Source: Betaproteobacteria bacterium (GTDB taxonomy: Bacteria; Pseudomonadota; Gammaproteobacteria; Burkholderiales; Methylophilaceae). Taken from it: DNA of 36,569 nucleotides. The position numbers and the translations under genes were made by a program. The stretch is taken from contig CANNEG010000001.1 of the NCBI GenBank assembly GCA_947503455.1, positions 1-36,569 on the forward strand, in the 5' to 3' direction. How positions within the stretch are numbered: position 1 is the stretch's first letter; each line of letters opens with the position of its first letter. This document shows, piece by piece, positions 20,594 to 32,626 of the stretch. Under the pieces are notes generated by a model, which was not told the DNA's origin, searched no databases, and saw only the letters and a program-made list of their open reading frames with translations.

Positions 20594-21753
20594 TTGCCAC
20601 GATGTTAGATCGCGAACGTATTAACTCTCCTAGTTATGATCAAGGGCTCCTATGGGCGGTGTTGTGCTTATTAGGCATCAGTTTAGTCATGGTTTATTCA
20701 GCCTCGATAGCCATTGCCGAGGCGGATAAAGCGGTAGGTCACAACAGTAGTTATTATTTAGTTCACCAAGCTGCATTTATGCTGGTGGGGATAAGTGCAG
20801 CATTCGTTGCGTTTAATGTGCCAGTGACTTGGTGGCAGAAAATGGCACCGTACTTATTTTTGATTGGTTTGGCATTGTTGGTGCTGGTATTAATCCCAGG
20901 GATTGGCCTTAAAGCGGGTGGAAGTCGCCGCTGGTTAAAAATGATTATAGTTAACCCACAACCTTCGGAGTTTATGAAGCTGTTTGCTGCTATCTATGTG
21001 GCCGATTATTCCGTGCGTAAAGCCGCAGTGATGGACAGCTTTAGGCGTGGCTTTATGCCCATGGTTGGCGTGATGGTGCTGGTTGGCTTTTTATTGCTGC
21101 GGGAGCCAGATTTTGGTGCTTTTGCAGTAATTGCAGCAATATCCATTTCCATTTTGTGGCTGGGTGGCATTAATGGCAAAATTTTTGCAGGGTTGCTGGC
21201 TTTACTGCCAGTGGCTATTTTTATTTTGATTAAGAGTTCACCTTACCGTATGGAGCGGGTAATTGGTTTTATGGATCCGTGGGCTGACCCCTATGGCAAG
21301 GGCTATCAACTCTCACACGCACTAATTGCATTTGGTCGCGGAGAATGGTTTGGTGTGGGTTTAGGCGCGAGTGTAGAAAAGTTACTTTATTTACCCGAGG
21401 CGCATACCGACTTTTTATTAGCGGTCATTGCAGAAGAATTAGGTTTTGCCGGCGTGCTTACTGTTATCGGATTATTTTCTTGGATAGTCATTCGCTCTTT
21501 TGGTATAGCTAAGGAAGCGATTGCTAATGAGCGCTATTTTGCCGCGCTATTGGCACAAGGATTAGGCGTTTGGATGGGCGTGCAGGGCATTATTAATATG
21601 GGTGTAAATACTGGATTGCTACCAACTAAGGGGCTGACGTTGCCGTTACTGTCATTCGGCGGTAGTGGAATTTTAGTAAATTGTGTGGCGATGGCAATCG
21701 TACTCAGGATTGATTTTGAGAATAGACGTTTGCAAAAAGGTCTGCCGGTATGA
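20590..21753 (+). CDS. ftsW: SEDS peptidoglycan polymerase FtsW
   Basis: [36 protein letters not shown]. Confidence 0.97.
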   Translation: MIATMLDRERINSPSYDQGLLWAVLCLLGISLVMVYSASIAIAEADKAVGHNSSYYLVHQAAFMLVGISAAFVAFNVPVTWWQKMAPYLFLIGLALLVLVLIPGIGLKAGGSRRWLKMIIVNPQPSEFMKLFAAIYVADYSVRKAAVMDSFRRGFMPMVGVMVLVGFLLLREPDFGAFAVIAAISISILWLGGINGKIFAGLLALLPVAIFILIKSSPYRMERVIGFMDPWADPYGKGYQLSHALIAFGRGEWFGVGLGASVEKLLYLPEAHTDFLLAVIAEELGFAGVLTVIGLFSWIVIRSFGIAKEAIANERYFAALLAQGLGVWMGVQGIINMGVNTGLLPTKGLTLPLLSFGGSGILVNCVAMAIVLRIDFENRRLQKGLPV

Positions 21754-22814
21754 CTAAAACTTTAATGATTATGGCGGGGGGTACTGGTGGCCATGTCTAT
21801 CCAGCCATGGCAGTTGCAGATTTCTTGAAAAATAAGGGCTGGCAGATTGTTTGGCTATGTACTGAAGGCGGAATGGAAAACCGTTTAATTGCCACAAAAG
21901 ATTATCAGAAAGCCATGATTACCATGCGTGGTGTGCGTGGCAACGGATTGATGGGTTGGCTGTTGTTGCCAGTAAAATTGGCCAAAGCGTTTGGCCAAAG
22001 TGCCAAGGCATTGCGCCAATATCAGCCAAACGTAGTGCTAGGTATGGGTGGCTTTGCTGCTTTCCCCGGGGGCTTAATGGCAAAATTATTAGGTAAACCT
22101 TTAATCGTGCATGAGCAAAATTCAGTGGCAGGTTTAACGAATAAAACCTTGGCACATGTTGCGCAAAGAGTGCTGGTGGCTTTCCCAGCAGCATTTGGTA
22201 GTAAAGCAGTCTTAGTGGGTAATCCAGTACGTGAAAATATTACACAAATTTTAGTGCCAGAAGCACGGCTACAAAAGCACGACGGTGCATTACGCTTGCT
22301 AATAGTGGGTGGTAGTTTGGGGGCGCAAGCTTTGAATGAAGTGTTACCAAAAGCGCTGGCTCAAATACCTGTGAATAAACGCCCGGAAGTTGTGCATCAA
22401 GCAGGTGAAAAACATATTGCTACGCTACTTGTACATTATGAAGCCGCCAAAGTAAAAGCCGATGCCAGAGCGTTTATTGAGGATATGGCTGAGATGTACA
22501 CATGGGCAGATATTGTGATTTGTCGTGCTGGTGCCTTAACAATTGCTGAGCTATCTGCCGCAGGGGTTGCCAGTGTGCTAGTACCATTTCCGTATGCTGT
22601 AGATGACCATCAGACTTCAAATGCACATTACTTGTCTGATGCAGGTGCGGCAGTACTAATCCCTCAAACAGAATTTACAGTCGAGAAAGTAGCGAAGTTA
22701 TTACAAGATTTAACGCGCGAGAAATGCTTAGACATGGCAATTAAGGCGCGTGTATTAGGTAAGCCTGAAGCCACAGCCACCGTCGCAAATATTTGTATGG
22801 AGCTTGCAGCATGA
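21750..22814 (+). CDS. murG: Undecaprenyl-PP-MurNAc-pentapeptide GlcNAc transferase
   Basis: [30 protein letters not shown]. Confidence 0.98.
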   Translation: MTKTLMIMAGGTGGHVYPAMAVADFLKNKGWQIVWLCTEGGMENRLIATKDYQKAMITMRGVRGNGLMGWLLLPVKLAKAFGQSAKALRQYQPNVVLGMGGFAAFPGGLMAKLLGKPLIVHEQNSVAGLTNKTLAHVAQRVLVAFPAAFGSKAVLVGNPVRENITQILVPEARLQKHDGALRLLIVGGSLGAQALNEVLPKALAQIPVNKRPEVVHQAGEKHIATLLVHYEAAKVKADARAFIEDMAEMYTWADIVICRAGALTIAELSAAGVASVLVPFPYAVDDHQTSNAHYLSDAGAAVLIPQTEFTVEKVAKLLQDLTREKCLDMAIKARVLGKPEATATVANICMELAA

Positions 22815-24229
22815 AACATAAAGTTAAAAATATACATTTTGTAGGGATTGCAGGCTCAGGTATGAGTGGCATTGCTGAGGTGTTGATTAATTTAGACTTT
22901 ACTGTCAGCGGCTCTGACTTGGCAGTGAATGCTACCACCAAACGATTAACTGATTTTGGTGCAACCGTTTATCAAGGACATGCAGCTGAAAATCTAGGGA
23001 ATGCTGATGTGGTTGTTGTTTCAAGTGCAGTGAATGAAGCCAATCCAGAAGTGAAAGCCGCCAGACTCAAGAATATTCCAGTCATACCGCGGGCACTGAT
23101 GCTGGCAGAGTTAATGCGTTTTAGGCAAGGTATTGCAGTTGCTGGCACCCATGGAAAAACGACTACGACTAGCTTAATCGCCAGTATTTTGGCTGAAGCT
23201 GGTATGGACCCTACTTTTGTTATTGGTGGTAAATTAGAAGCGGCTAATGCTAATGCCAAACTTGGCACAGGTGAGTACATCGTCGCTGAGGCCGATGAGT
23301 CTGATGCATCATTCTTGCATCTCACGCCAGTGATGGCGGTAGTGACTAATATCGACCAAGATCACATGGATACGTATGAGCATAGCTTTGACAAACTCAA
23401 AAGTGCATTCGTAGAATTTTTGCAGCAACTACCATTTTGGGGGATGGCGGTAGTTTGTATCGATGATGCCAACATTCGTGAGATTTTGCCTCGCGTCACT
23501 AAGCCAGTCATGACCTATGGGTTCAGTGAAGGTGCAAAAGTTCGTGCAATTAATGTGCAGGCAGATAGTGGAAAAATGCACTTTACCGTACAACGCATTA
23601 ATGGGGTGACGACAGAGTTTGACGTTACTTTAAATTTGCCAGGTAATCATTACGTATTAAATGCACTTGCCGCGATTGCGATTGCCAGTGAGTTAAACGT
23701 ACCAGACCAATCAATTATCAAGGCATTGAAAGAATTCAAAGGCGTGGGTCGACGTTTCGAGCGCTACGGCGAAGTGAATCTGAGTCATTGGAAACAAGGT
23801 GAAACATTTACCCTTATTGATGATTATGGACATCATCCCGTTGAAATGCGCGCAGTGATTGCTGCTGCACGTGCTGCTTTCCCGGATCGCCGCTTAGTGA
23901 TGGCATTTCAGCCGCACCGTTATACGCGCACCCGTGACTGTTTTGAAGATTTTGTACGAGTTTTATCTAGTGCTGATGCCGTTTTGCTCACAGAAGTATA
24001 TTCAGCGGGAGAGGCGCCTATCGTTGCGGCAGATACCCGTACGCTTATTCGGTCGATTCGTCTTAAAGGTAAGGTAGAGCCACTATTTGTAGAAACGACG
24101 GACGCCTTGCCTGAAGCGATTTTACACATGGTGCATGCTAACGATGTGGTGATTGTGATGGGAGCTGGGTCTATTGGACAAGTCGCTGCAAAAACCAAAG
24201 CATTAGCAGAAGGAGCGCAAATAAAGTGA
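22811..24229 (+). CDS. murC: UDP-MurNAc--L-Ala ligase
   Basis: [30 protein letters not shown]. Start moved to ATG 22811 (ATGA overlap with murG). Confidence 0.97.
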   Translation: MKHKVKNIHFVGIAGSGMSGIAEVLINLDFTVSGSDLAVNATTKRLTDFGATVYQGHAAENLGNADVVVVSSAVNEANPEVKAARLKNIPVIPRALMLAELMRFRQGIAVAGTHGKTTTTSLIASILAEAGMDPTFVIGGKLEAANANAKLGTGEYIVAEADESDASFLHLTPVMAVVTNIDQDHMDTYEHSFDKLKSAFVEFLQQLPFWGMAVVCIDDANIREILPRVTKPVMTYGFSEGAKVRAINVQADSGKMHFTVQRINGVTTEFDVTLNLPGNHYVLNALAAIAIASELNVPDQSIIKALKEFKGVGRRFERYGEVNLSHWKQGETFTLIDDYGHHPVEMRAVIAAARAAFPDRRLVMAFQPHRYTRTRDCFEDFVRVLSSADAVLLTEVYSAGEAPIVAADTRTLIRSIRLKGKVEPLFVETTDALPEAILHMVHANDVVIVMGAGSIGQVAAKTKALAEGAQIK

Positions 24230-25125
24230 TGTCTGTAGCTTCATCACAAGTAGTTACCGGGCGGCTGTTAATCAATGAGCCAATGTCGCGCTATACAAGT
24301 TGGCGTGTAGGCGGCAATGCTGATCAGCTTTATATTCCGGCTGGGCTAGATGACTTACGCTTATTTTTACAAAGCGTGGATGCTAATCAGCCGATTTACT
24401 TTATTGGCCTAGGTTCTAATTTATTGGTACGCGATGGCGGTATACGCGGCACGGTAGTGTTAATGCATAACGTGCTGACAGAAATGAAGATAGATGGTGA
24501 CCTTGTATATGCAGAGGCTGGGGTGACCTGTGGAAAATTGGCTAAATTTTGTGCCAGAGAAGCCAAGCAAGGCGCAGAGTTTTTTGCGGGTATTCCAGGC
24601 ACATTAGGGGGCGCATTGGCGATGAATGCAGGGTGTTATGGATCTGAAACTTGGAATGTGGTGAATAGTGTCATAACAATTAACGCACGAGGTGAGTTAA
24701 ATCAACGTGATGCAGCAGCATTTACTGCGACGTATCGTCACGTAGCGATGCCCGTGCAAGGTGAATGGTTTGTTGCAGCTTGGCTAAATTTAAAAGCGGG
24801 CGATGCGCATGAATCAACACAAAAAATTAAAGATTTATTGGCCAAACGCTTAGCTTCTCAACCGCTAAATTTACCGAGTGCTGGCTCTACATTTAGAAAT
24901 CCGGTAGGTGATTATGCGGCAAGACTAATAGAAACAAGCGGATTAAAAGGTTACATCATCGGTGGCGCACAAGTTTCAGAGAAGCATGCCAATTTTATTG
25001 TGAATATTGGTGGTGCCAATGCACTTGATATTGAATTATTGATTAAGCACATGCATGAAACGGTACTGGCAAAAAATGGTATTGCTTTGCAACAAGAAGT
25101 GAAAGTGATTGGCGAGTATGCATAA
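24226..25125 (+). CDS. murB: UDP-N-acetylenolpyruvoylglucosamine reductase
   Basis: [42 protein letters not shown]. Confidence 0.96.
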   Translation: MMSVASSQVVTGRLLINEPMSRYTSWRVGGNADQLYIPAGLDDLRLFLQSVDANQPIYFIGLGSNLLVRDGGIRGTVVLMHNVLTEMKIDGDLVYAEAGVTCGKLAKFCAREAKQGAEFFAGIPGTLGGALAMNAGCYGSETWNVVNSVITINARGELNQRDAAAFTATYRHVAMPVQGEWFVAAWLNLKAGDAHESTQKIKDLLAKRLASQPLNLPSAGSTFRNPVGDYAARLIETSGLKGYIIGGAQVSEKHANFIVNIGGANALDIELLIKHMHETVLAKNGIALQQEVKVIGEYA

Positions 25126-25160
25126 AAACAGATGGATGAAAAGTGAAGCAGGAGCTAGAT

Positions 25161-26081
25161 ATGAGTAAATTTGGCAAAGTAGCCGTATTGTTAGGTGGCA
25201 ATTCAGATGAGCGTGAAATATCTATTAAAAGTGGTACTGCCGTATTAACTGCACTACAAGCTCAGGGTATAGATGCCCATGGATTTGATCCGCGTGATAA
25301 GCCATTGCATGACTTGGAAGTCTTTGACCGTGTATTTATTAATCTGCATGGACGCTTTGGTGAAGATGGTTGTATACAAGGTGCGCTTGAGATGCTGCAT
25401 ATTCCTTACACCGGTAGTGGCGTCATGGCATCTGCTATTGGCATGGATAAATGGCGTACAAAATTATTGTGGCGTGCAATGGGTGTCATTACCCCAGATT
25501 TTGCGCTAGTAACCGCTAACAGTGATTTTGCTGCTATAGAACAACAATTAGGATTGCCTTTATTTGTGAAGCCTGCCAATGAGGGTTCGAGCATTGGGAT
25601 TACCAAAGTAAAAGTAGCCGGTGGATTGCAAGCTGCTTATAAGATTGCAGCCGAATCTGACCCGCTAGTGATTGCAGAAAAGTTTGTCGGCGCTGGCGAA
25701 TACACCGTAGGAATTATTGGCGATGCCGAGCAGGGTTTAGAAGCGTTACCCATTATTCGTATTATTCCGAAAAATGAGTTTTACGATTATGAGGCGAAAT
25801 ATTTACGCAACGACACCGAGTATTTGTGTCCGAGCGGCTTAAGCGTAGAGCAAGAAACGACAATCAAGCAAGAAGCGTTACTCGCATTTAGGGCTATTGG
25901 TTGTAAGGGTTGGGGGCGTGTAGATTTTTTAATGGATGCTGCTGGCCATCATTACTTCTTGGAAATTAATACCAGTCCAGGCATGACGGATCATAGCTTA
26001 GTACCAATGGCAGCAAAAGCAGCAGGGATTAGTTTTGAGCAATTAGTAGTCCGTATATTGGAGTTAGCTGATGTGGGATAA
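25161..26081 (+). CDS. ddl: D-alanine--D-alanine ligase
   Basis: [23 protein letters not shown] (Tyr, D-Ala-D-Ala type), [12 protein letters not shown] 25161 follows AGGAG; GTG 25143 is an alternative start. Confidence 0.96.
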   Translation: MSKFGKVAVLLGGNSDEREISIKSGTAVLTALQAQGIDAHGFDPRDKPLHDLEVFDRVFINLHGRFGEDGCIQGALEMLHIPYTGSGVMASAIGMDKWRTKLLWRAMGVITPDFALVTANSDFAAIEQQLGLPLFVKPANEGSSIGITKVKVAGGLQAAYKIAAESDPLVIAEKFVGAGEYTVGIIGDAEQGLEALPIIRIIPKNEFYDYEAKYLRNDTEYLCPSGLSVEQETTIKQEALLAFRAIGCKGWGRVDFLMDAAGHHYFLEINTSPGMTDHSLVPMAAKAAGISFEQLVVRILELADVG

Positions 26082-26928
26082 ACCTACATTGTTAAATTGG
26101 GTAGCCAACTTGCTGTTTGCAGTAAGTATGGTGGCCATATTGTATGCGGCAATATTTGCCGTAGTGCATCTGCCTATTTTCCCGCTACGAGAGGTGGTGG
26201 TAGAAGGTCAGTTAAGTCATGTGAGTCGTGAGCAAGTGAAATTAATTGTGGCTAAGCATTTAAAAGGGAATTTTTTCACGCTAGATCTCATTAAAACGCG
26301 CAATGCTTTTGAAAAACTACCTTGGGCACGTAGCGTGAGTCTGCGTCGACGTTGGCCCGATAAGTTAGAGGTTGTTATTGAAGAGCATCAAGAGCTAGCC
26401 AGATGGGGCAGTATTGCCTTAGTCAATACTCATGGGGAGCTTTTTCATGCCGCATCAAATAGTGATTTACCCGTATTTTTTGGGCCTGGTGACGGGGTGA
26501 TAGAGGTGGCATCTCAATACCTTGAGGTCAGTAAAGCCTTAAAACTTGCGGATCTAAAAATTGCTAGTTTAGCGCTCACGCCAAGACGTGCTTGGCAAGT
26601 GACCACCACAAACGGCATGGTAGTAGAACTTGGGCGCGTTGAAATGCAAGCTAGATTAGAAAAATTTGTCGGTGTATATAGCCGCACAATTGCTGGGTTA
26701 AATCTAAAAGTGACTTATGCAGATTTGCGCTATCCAAACGGATTTGCCGTGCGTAGACCCGTAGCAGCGAAAGCTGTGGCAGTTAAGTCTGCGGAGATTA
26801 AGCCAGCTAGTGACATTAAATTAAACGGCACGCATATATTAGGCACTACAAAACCGAGTAAGTCCAAGCTTAGCCCAGCTAGGTCGGGCAATATTATTAC
26901 GAGCAAGTTATCAACAGTACAGACATAA
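26071..26928 (+). CDS. ftsQ: Cell division protein FtsQ
   Basis: TM, POTRA domain ([14 protein letters not shown]), [10 protein letters not shown]; C-terminal basic tail. Confidence 0.95.
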   Translation: MWDKPTLLNWVANLLFAVSMVAILYAAIFAVVHLPIFPLREVVVEGQLSHVSREQVKLIVAKHLKGNFFTLDLIKTRNAFEKLPWARSVSLRRRWPDKLEVVIEEHQELARWGSIALVNTHGELFHAASNSDLPVFFGPGDGVIEVASQYLEVSKALKLADLKIASLALTPRRAWQVTTTNGMVVELGRVEMQARLEKFVGVYSRTIAGLNLKVTYADLRYPNGFAVRRPVAAKAVAVKSAEIKPASDIKLNGTHILGTTKPSKSKLSPARSGNIITSKLSTVQT

Positions 26929-26957
26929 GCCGTGCATAAACACGGAGGGAGCAAGTC

Positions 26958-28196
26958 ATGAGTAGAGTAAGAGAAGATAAGAATTTGATAGTAGGCCTAG
27001 ATATCGGCACGTCAAAAATTGTTGCCATCGTTGCTGAATTGCAACCAGAAGGTACCGTGAAAGTGATTGGGCTAGGGCAGCATATCTCTCGTGGGTTGAA
27101 AAAAGGCGTAGTGATTAATATTGAATCAACGATGCAATCAATACAACGTGCGCTTGAAGAAGCCGAGCTAATGGCCGATTGCAAAATCAACAATGTTTAT
27201 ACCGGTATTGCGGGCAGTCATATTAAAAGCTTGAACTCACACGGCATGGTGAAAATTAAAGATGCGGAAGTGTCACAAATGGATGTTGATCGCGTGATTG
27301 AAACTGCCAGGGCCATTGCATTACCTGCTGATCAGCAAATTTTACATATCTTGACGCAAGAATTCATCATTGATGGCCAAGAGGATGTTCGTGAGCCACT
27401 AGGCATGAGTGGCATGAAGTTAGAGGTAAAAGTGCACATTGTGACGGGTGCCGTGGCTGCCGCACAGAATATCGTTAAGTGCATTAAGCGTTGCGGTATT
27501 GAAGTGAGTGATTTGATCTTACAACCGCTTGCCTCCAGTCTCGCAGTACTCACTGAAGATGAAAAAGAGTTAGGCGTGTGTTTGGTAGATATTGGTGGGG
27601 GTACCACGGATATTGCAGTATTTAAGCAAGGTGCCATTCGTCATACGGCAGTCGTGGCGATTGCAGGCGACCAAATGACGAATGATATTGCGGTGGCATT
27701 CCGCACGCCTACGCAATCAGCAGAAGATATTAAAGTGAAATATGGCTGCGCACTACGTCAGCTCGCAGATTCACGAGAGATTGTTGAGGTGCCAGGTGTT
27801 GATGGCCGTGAGCCGCGCCAACTCTCAGTACAAACGCTAGCTGAAGTATTGGAGCCGCGTGTGGTTGAGCTGTATGAGATGGTGCTCAATGAATTGCGTC
27901 GTAGCGGTATGGAAGAAATGATTGCATCAGGCATCGTCATTACTGGCGGGTCAGCCATGATGCGAGGCATGGTGGAACTTGGCGAAGAAATATTCCATAT
28001 GCCGGTACGTATGGGTTTGCCGCGTTATGTGGGCGGCTTGTCAGAAGTGGTCGGTAATCCACGCTATGCAACAGGGGTGGGTCTGGTGTTGATGGGTAAG
28101 CAGCAATTAGAAAGACATTTAACCGGGCAAATGGAATCAAGTTCATTTGGGCGGATTATGGACAAAATGAAAAGTTGGTTTCAAGGTAATTTTTAG
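26958..28196 (+). CDS. ftsA: Cell division protein FtsA
   Basis: GLDIGTSK, DIGGGTTD, ITGG, C-terminal amphipathic helix MKSWFQGNF. Confidence 0.98.
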   Translation: MSRVREDKNLIVGLDIGTSKIVAIVAELQPEGTVKVIGLGQHISRGLKKGVVINIESTMQSIQRALEEAELMADCKINNVYTGIAGSHIKSLNSHGMVKIKDAEVSQMDVDRVIETARAIALPADQQILHILTQEFIIDGQEDVREPLGMSGMKLEVKVHIVTGAVAAAQNIVKCIKRCGIEVSDLILQPLASSLAVLTEDEKELGVCLVDIGGGTTDIAVFKQGAIRHTAVVAIAGDQMTNDIAVAFRTPTQSAEDIKVKYGCALRQLADSREIVEVPGVDGREPRQLSVQTLAEVLEPRVVELYEMVLNELRRSGMEEMIASGIVITGGSAMMRGMVELGEEIFHMPVRMGLPRYVGGLSEVVGNPRYATGVGLVLMGKQQLERHLTGQMESSSFGRIMDKMKSWFQGNF

Positions 28197-28315
28197 TTAG
28201 TAAGTGAGTGGTTTTAGGCAGGTAGTTTGTAGACGTATCGTTAGTTACGAGCAGAAACTAACAATTACAGGCTAGCGGCCATTCACTATTTTTTATAAAA
28301 AAGAGGAGACACACA

Positions 28316-29494
28316 ATGTTTGAAATTATGGAAAGAAGTTCGCAAGAGGCAGTTATCAAGGTGATTGGTGTAGGGGGCTGCGGTGGCAACGCAGTTGCTC
28401 ACATGATAGAGAAAAGCGTAGGTGGGGTGGAATTCATTTGCGCCAATACCGATATACAAGCTTTGAAAAAAAGTCAGGCAAAAACGATATTGCAAATGGG
28501 CGTTGCCATGACTAAGGGTTTAGGTGCAGGCGCTAAGCCAGAAATTGGCCGTGATGCAGCACTAGAAGACCGAGATGCGATTGCCGAATTAATTGATGGC
28601 GCTGATATGCTGTTCATCACCGCAGGTATGGGGGGTGGCACGGGTACTGGCGCTGCGCCAGTGATTGCACAAGTGGCAAAAGAAATGGGCATTTTAACGG
28701 TAGCCGTGGTCACAAAGCCCTTCGCTTTTGAGGGTAAACGCACTCAAGTGGCGGCTGATGGTTTGGAAGAACTGTCAAAGTATGTGGATTCATTGATTGT
28801 GATCCCGAACGAAAAGCTCATGGAAGTTTTAGGTGAAGATGTGCCATTTTTGGAAGCTTTTAGTGCCGCCAATGATGTGTTGCACAATGCCGTTTCTGGT
28901 ATTGCTGAAATTATTAATTGCCCAGGGTTGGTCAACGTAGACTTTGCCGATGTGCGCACCGTGATGAGCGAAATGGGCATGGCGATGATGGGTTCTGCAA
29001 TTGCTACTGGTCCAGATCGTGCGCGTATTGCAGCAGAACAAGCAGTAGAAAGCCCGCTACTTGAAGGCGTAAATCTACAAAATGCACGTGGTGTTTTGGT
29101 GAATATCACCACATCAGCGTCTTTCAAAATGAAAGAATATTATGATGTGATGAACACTATTAAGGCCTTTACTGCAGATGATGCCACAGTCATTGTTGGT
29201 AATGTATTTGATGAAGCAATGGGTGATGGTCTGCGTGTTACGATGGTAGCTACAGGTTTAACTGGTATCGCACGTCGTCCACAAAAACCAGTATTAGTAC
29301 CACAACAAATTGTGCGCGATGGTACAACTAATCAACCAGTTTATGTGGGTGGTGCTGGATTTGAGTCTGCAGTTGTTGATGAAGCACCTCAAGTCTTTGG
29401 TTCAAATAGCCGCCGCGCGCAAGTAGAAGCGATGAAAATGTCAGGTGTAGATGAATATGATATTCCTGCATTTTTACGTAAACAAGCAGACTAA
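28316..29494 (+). CDS. ftsZ: Cell division protein FtsZ
   Basis: GMGGGTGTG tubulin signature, NVDFAD, C-terminal DIPAFLRKQAD; strong AGGAG SD. Confidence 0.99.
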   Translation: MFEIMERSSQEAVIKVIGVGGCGGNAVAHMIEKSVGGVEFICANTDIQALKKSQAKTILQMGVAMTKGLGAGAKPEIGRDAALEDRDAIAELIDGADMLFITAGMGGGTGTGAAPVIAQVAKEMGILTVAVVTKPFAFEGKRTQVAADGLEELSKYVDSLIVIPNEKLMEVLGEDVPFLEAFSAANDVLHNAVSGIAEIINCPGLVNVDFADVRTVMSEMGMAMMGSAIATGPDRARIAAEQAVESPLLEGVNLQNARGVLVNITTSASFKMKEYYDVMNTIKAFTADDATVIVGNVFDEAMGDGLRVTMVATGLTGIARRPQKPVLVPQQIVRDGTTNQPVYVGGAGFESAVVDEAPQVFGSNSRRAQVEAMKMSGVDEYDIPAFLRKQAD

Positions 29495-29636
29495 TGGATA
29501 AGCATCGCTACTGAACAAAACGATAAGGCTCAAGGTAATCAGCAGATTAAATATGCTACTATTTGCTTGATTCATAAGGTAAATATTACCTTTAAGATAA
29601 GCTAGAAGTTTTGTGATTAGAGATAATGAAACATAG

Positions 29637-30566
29637 ATGTTAAAGCAACGGACATTAAAAAAAGCGATTAGCGCCACTGGCGTTGGTTTGCACAATGGCG
29701 AAAAGGTTACTCTTACCCTGCGCCCAGCTGCAGTCAACACTGGTATTATTTTCAAGCGGGTTGATCTGCCTCAACCCAATGAAATTTTAGCTAGCCCTAG
29801 CGCAGTGCAAGATACACGTATGTGTTCTGCGCTAGAGGCTCATGGTGCACGCGTTGCGACCGTTGAACATATTATGTCTGCGCTTGCCGGCTTAGGCGTA
29901 GATAATATCTATATTGAAGTCAACGCTTCTGAAATACCAATTTTAGATGGGAGTTCAGGCCCATTTGTGTTTTTACTGCAAGAAGCCGGTATAGCCGAGC
30001 AAGCTGCAGCTAAAAAATTTATACGTATCAAAAAAGTGGTTGAAGTGATTGATGGAGATAAATGGGTGCGTTTTGATCCATACCATGGTTTTAAAGTTGA
30101 TTTCACTATACAGTTTAATCACCCAGTATTTGAAGATTCTGGGAGTCATGTAAAAATTGACTTTGCTACAGACTCTTACATTAAAGAAATTAGTCGTGCG
30201 CGCACTTTTGGATTTATGCATGAGGTTGAGTATTTACGCTCAAATGGCTTGGCCCGTGGTGGTAGTTTAGACAATGCCATTGTGTTAGATGAGTACCGCG
30301 TACTCAATGTTGATGGTTTGCGCTATGACGATGAATTTGTTAAACATAAAATACTAGATGCCATTGGTGATTTGTATATGTTAGGCCATCCAATTTTAGG
30401 CGCTTTTTCTGCTTATAAGTCTGGCCACGCACTTAATAATCAGCTTATTAGGGCGTTAATGCAAGATGTTACTGCATGGGAATATGTGACTTTTGAGAAC
30501 CAAGAAGATGCGCCAGCTAGCTATTTGACGCAAGAAAAACTACGATTACTAGAACCGATTTATTAA
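29637..30566 (+). CDS. lpxC: UDP-3-O-acyl-GlcNAc deacetylase
   Basis: [34 protein letters not shown]. Confidence 0.98.
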   Translation: MLKQRTLKKAISATGVGLHNGEKVTLTLRPAAVNTGIIFKRVDLPQPNEILASPSAVQDTRMCSALEAHGARVATVEHIMSALAGLGVDNIYIEVNASEIPILDGSSGPFVFLLQEAGIAEQAAAKKFIRIKKVVEVIDGDKWVRFDPYHGFKVDFTIQFNHPVFEDSGSHVKIDFATDSYIKEISRARTFGFMHEVEYLRSNGLARGGSLDNAIVLDEYRVLNVDGLRYDDEFVKHKILDAIGDLYMLGHPILGAFSAYKSGHALNNQLIRALMQDVTAWEYVTFENQEDAPASYLTQEKLRLLEPIY

Positions 30567-30614
30567 TTTACTTAAGCTAGCTTTTGAAAGCTAGCCATCA
30601 AAAAAGGGCGTGCT

Positions 30615-32594
30615 ATGATTTTTATTCGCCTTATATTAGCGCTAGTCGCTATCACATTGTCTGGTCAGGTATTTGCCTTATCAGATGAAGCTTTGTTTCA
30701 ACATGCGCGCGAGTCTTACGCTGCAAAAAATGAAACTGCTCTGACTGAAGATGTGAGTCAGCTTAAAACTCAGCAATATTTATTAGCCCCCTATGCAGAT
30801 TATTGGTTGATGTTGCTTAAGATAGATAAGGCTAGAGATGAAGAAGTGCAGAATTTCTTAGCGCAATATGTTGATATGCCCTTTGCTGACCGTCTACGTG
30901 GCGAATGGTTAAAAAAATTAGCTAAGCAACAAAATTGGGGTTCATTTTTTGATGAACTGGCTTTCTATCAGCAAGATGACATCACTGTGCAGTGCTATGC
31001 CTTCTTGGGTCATAAACAGCTAGGAGACGTCGAAGTTACGCCACAAATTAAAGCGTTGTGGATGACCAGCACTGATTTGCCCAGTAACTGCAATCAACTT
31101 TTTGACGCACTGCAAAACACAGGCGAGTTAAGTCATGACGATATTTGGGCGAGATTCAGACTAGCGTTACAAGATGATAAGCTGGGTCTGGCTAAAAGCG
31201 TAATTTCTCGCTTACCTAATATTGAACCAGCTGCACTTAAGTTGCTTGATCGTGCCAATCAATTACCACAAGTCATGCTGGATAAAAAAACCGTCTCATT
31301 TAAAACGCGCTTTGGGGCAGAGGTCAATTTATACGCAATTGATCGCTTAGCGCGGACTAAATTAGATGAAGCAATCAGTACTTACGAACAAGTGCAGACC
31401 CTGTTTAATGCCGAAAATCGGACTTATGGCTGGGGGCGTATTGCTTACCATGCAGCGCGCAGTCACCATCCGCGGGCGCTTAGTTATTATGCGTTAGCCG
31501 ATAGGGTCACTTTAGATAGTGCGCAGTTGGCTTGGAAAGTACGCGCAGCGTTGCGCGAACAAGATTGGCCTACCGTGTTAAAAGCAACTTCAGTAATGTC
31601 GGCTAAACAATTAGAAGAAGGCGCCTGGCGTTATTGGAAAGCACGCGCACTCAAAGAAAGCGCACAAAAAGAGCCCAGTCATGGCACGGAAGCTAATGCC
31701 ATATTTAGCAAACTTTCAACGGAGCGCCACTATTATGGTTTGCTTGCCGCGGAAGAGCTTGAAAGTGTCATGAGCAACTCAGCGGTAGATTACAAAGTGA
31801 GCGAAGTAGAAGTTACTGCGATTGCTAGCCAACCCTCGATTAAGCGTGTGCTTGAAATGCAACGTTTAGATATGCGGTGGGAAGCAAAATTAGAATGGGT
31901 TTGGGCAACGCGAAGTTTTGATGACAAACAATTACTTGCGGCAGCAGAATATGCGTTGCGACAAAAATGGTATGACATTGCAATTAAGACAGCAGATAAG
32001 ACCAAGCTAACGCATAACTTTAATTTGCGATATCCAACGCCTTACCGTGATTTATTCCGTTCTGCTGCAGATAATGTGAGTTTAGATGAGGCATGGGTGT
32101 ACGGCATTACTCGGCAAGAAAGCCATTTTATGCACTTTGCAAAATCCGGCGTAGGTGCCGCAGGCCTGATGCAATTGATGCCAGCAACGGCAAAATGGGT
32201 TGCTAAGCGTATGGGTTTAAGTGGATACAACAATAGTATGATTCGTAATCTAAACACCAATATTGAATTTGGTACTTACTATATGCGCTACACTTTAGAC
32301 TTAATGGGCGGTCAAGCGGTCATGGCAACAGCAGGCTATAATGCAGGACCAAGTAGAGCCAAGCAATGGATGGCAACAGCGCCATTAGAGGCCGCCATTT
32401 ATATTGAGACGATTCCTTTTGCTGAGACTAGAAGTTACGTACAAAAAGTGATGGCCAATGCGCAAATATATGCGCCACGGCTGGTTGCTGAAAACAACAG
32501 TATTAAGATTCAAACTTTAAAGTCACGCCTAGGCATTATTCCAGGTACGGGTCAGCCAGCGTTGGTTGTTGAAGACGCCATTGCACTAGAATAA
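30615..32594 (+). CDS. slt: Soluble lytic murein transglycosylase (Slt70-like)
   Basis: Signal peptide, helical N-domain, catalytic RQES, GLMQLMP, GYNAGP, IETIPF.ETR.YV. Confidence 0.93.
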   Translation: MIFIRLILALVAITLSGQVFALSDEALFQHARESYAAKNETALTEDVSQLKTQQYLLAPYADYWLMLLKIDKARDEEVQNFLAQYVDMPFADRLRGEWLKKLAKQQNWGSFFDELAFYQQDDITVQCYAFLGHKQLGDVEVTPQIKALWMTSTDLPSNCNQLFDALQNTGELSHDDIWARFRLALQDDKLGLAKSVISRLPNIEPAALKLLDRANQLPQVMLDKKTVSFKTRFGAEVNLYAIDRLARTKLDEAISTYEQVQTLFNAENRTYGWGRIAYHAARSHHPRALSYYALADRVTLDSAQLAWKVRAALREQDWPTVLKATSVMSAKQLEEGAWRYWKARALKESAQKEPSHGTEANAIFSKLSTERHYYGLLAAEELESVMSNSAVDYKVSEVEVTAIASQPSIKRVLEMQRLDMRWEAKLEWVWATRSFDDKQLLAAAEYALRQKWYDIAIKTADKTKLTHNFNLRYPTPYRDLFRSAADNVSLDEAWVYGITRQESHFMHFAKSGVGAAGLMQLMPATAKWVAKRMGLSGYNNSMIRNLNTNIEFGTYYMRYTLDLMGGQAVMATAGYNAGPSRAKQWMATAPLEAAIYIETIPFAETRSYVQKVMANAQIYAPRLVAENNSIKIQTLKSRLGIIPGTGQPALVVEDAIALE

Positions 32595-32626
32595 ATACAA
32601 ATAAACGCTAAGAAATTGAGGGTACC

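Noticed and set aside
24226-25125. murB inside the dcw cluster as a novelty
   Set aside because: The murC-murB-ddl order is known in many bacteria, although E. coli differs.
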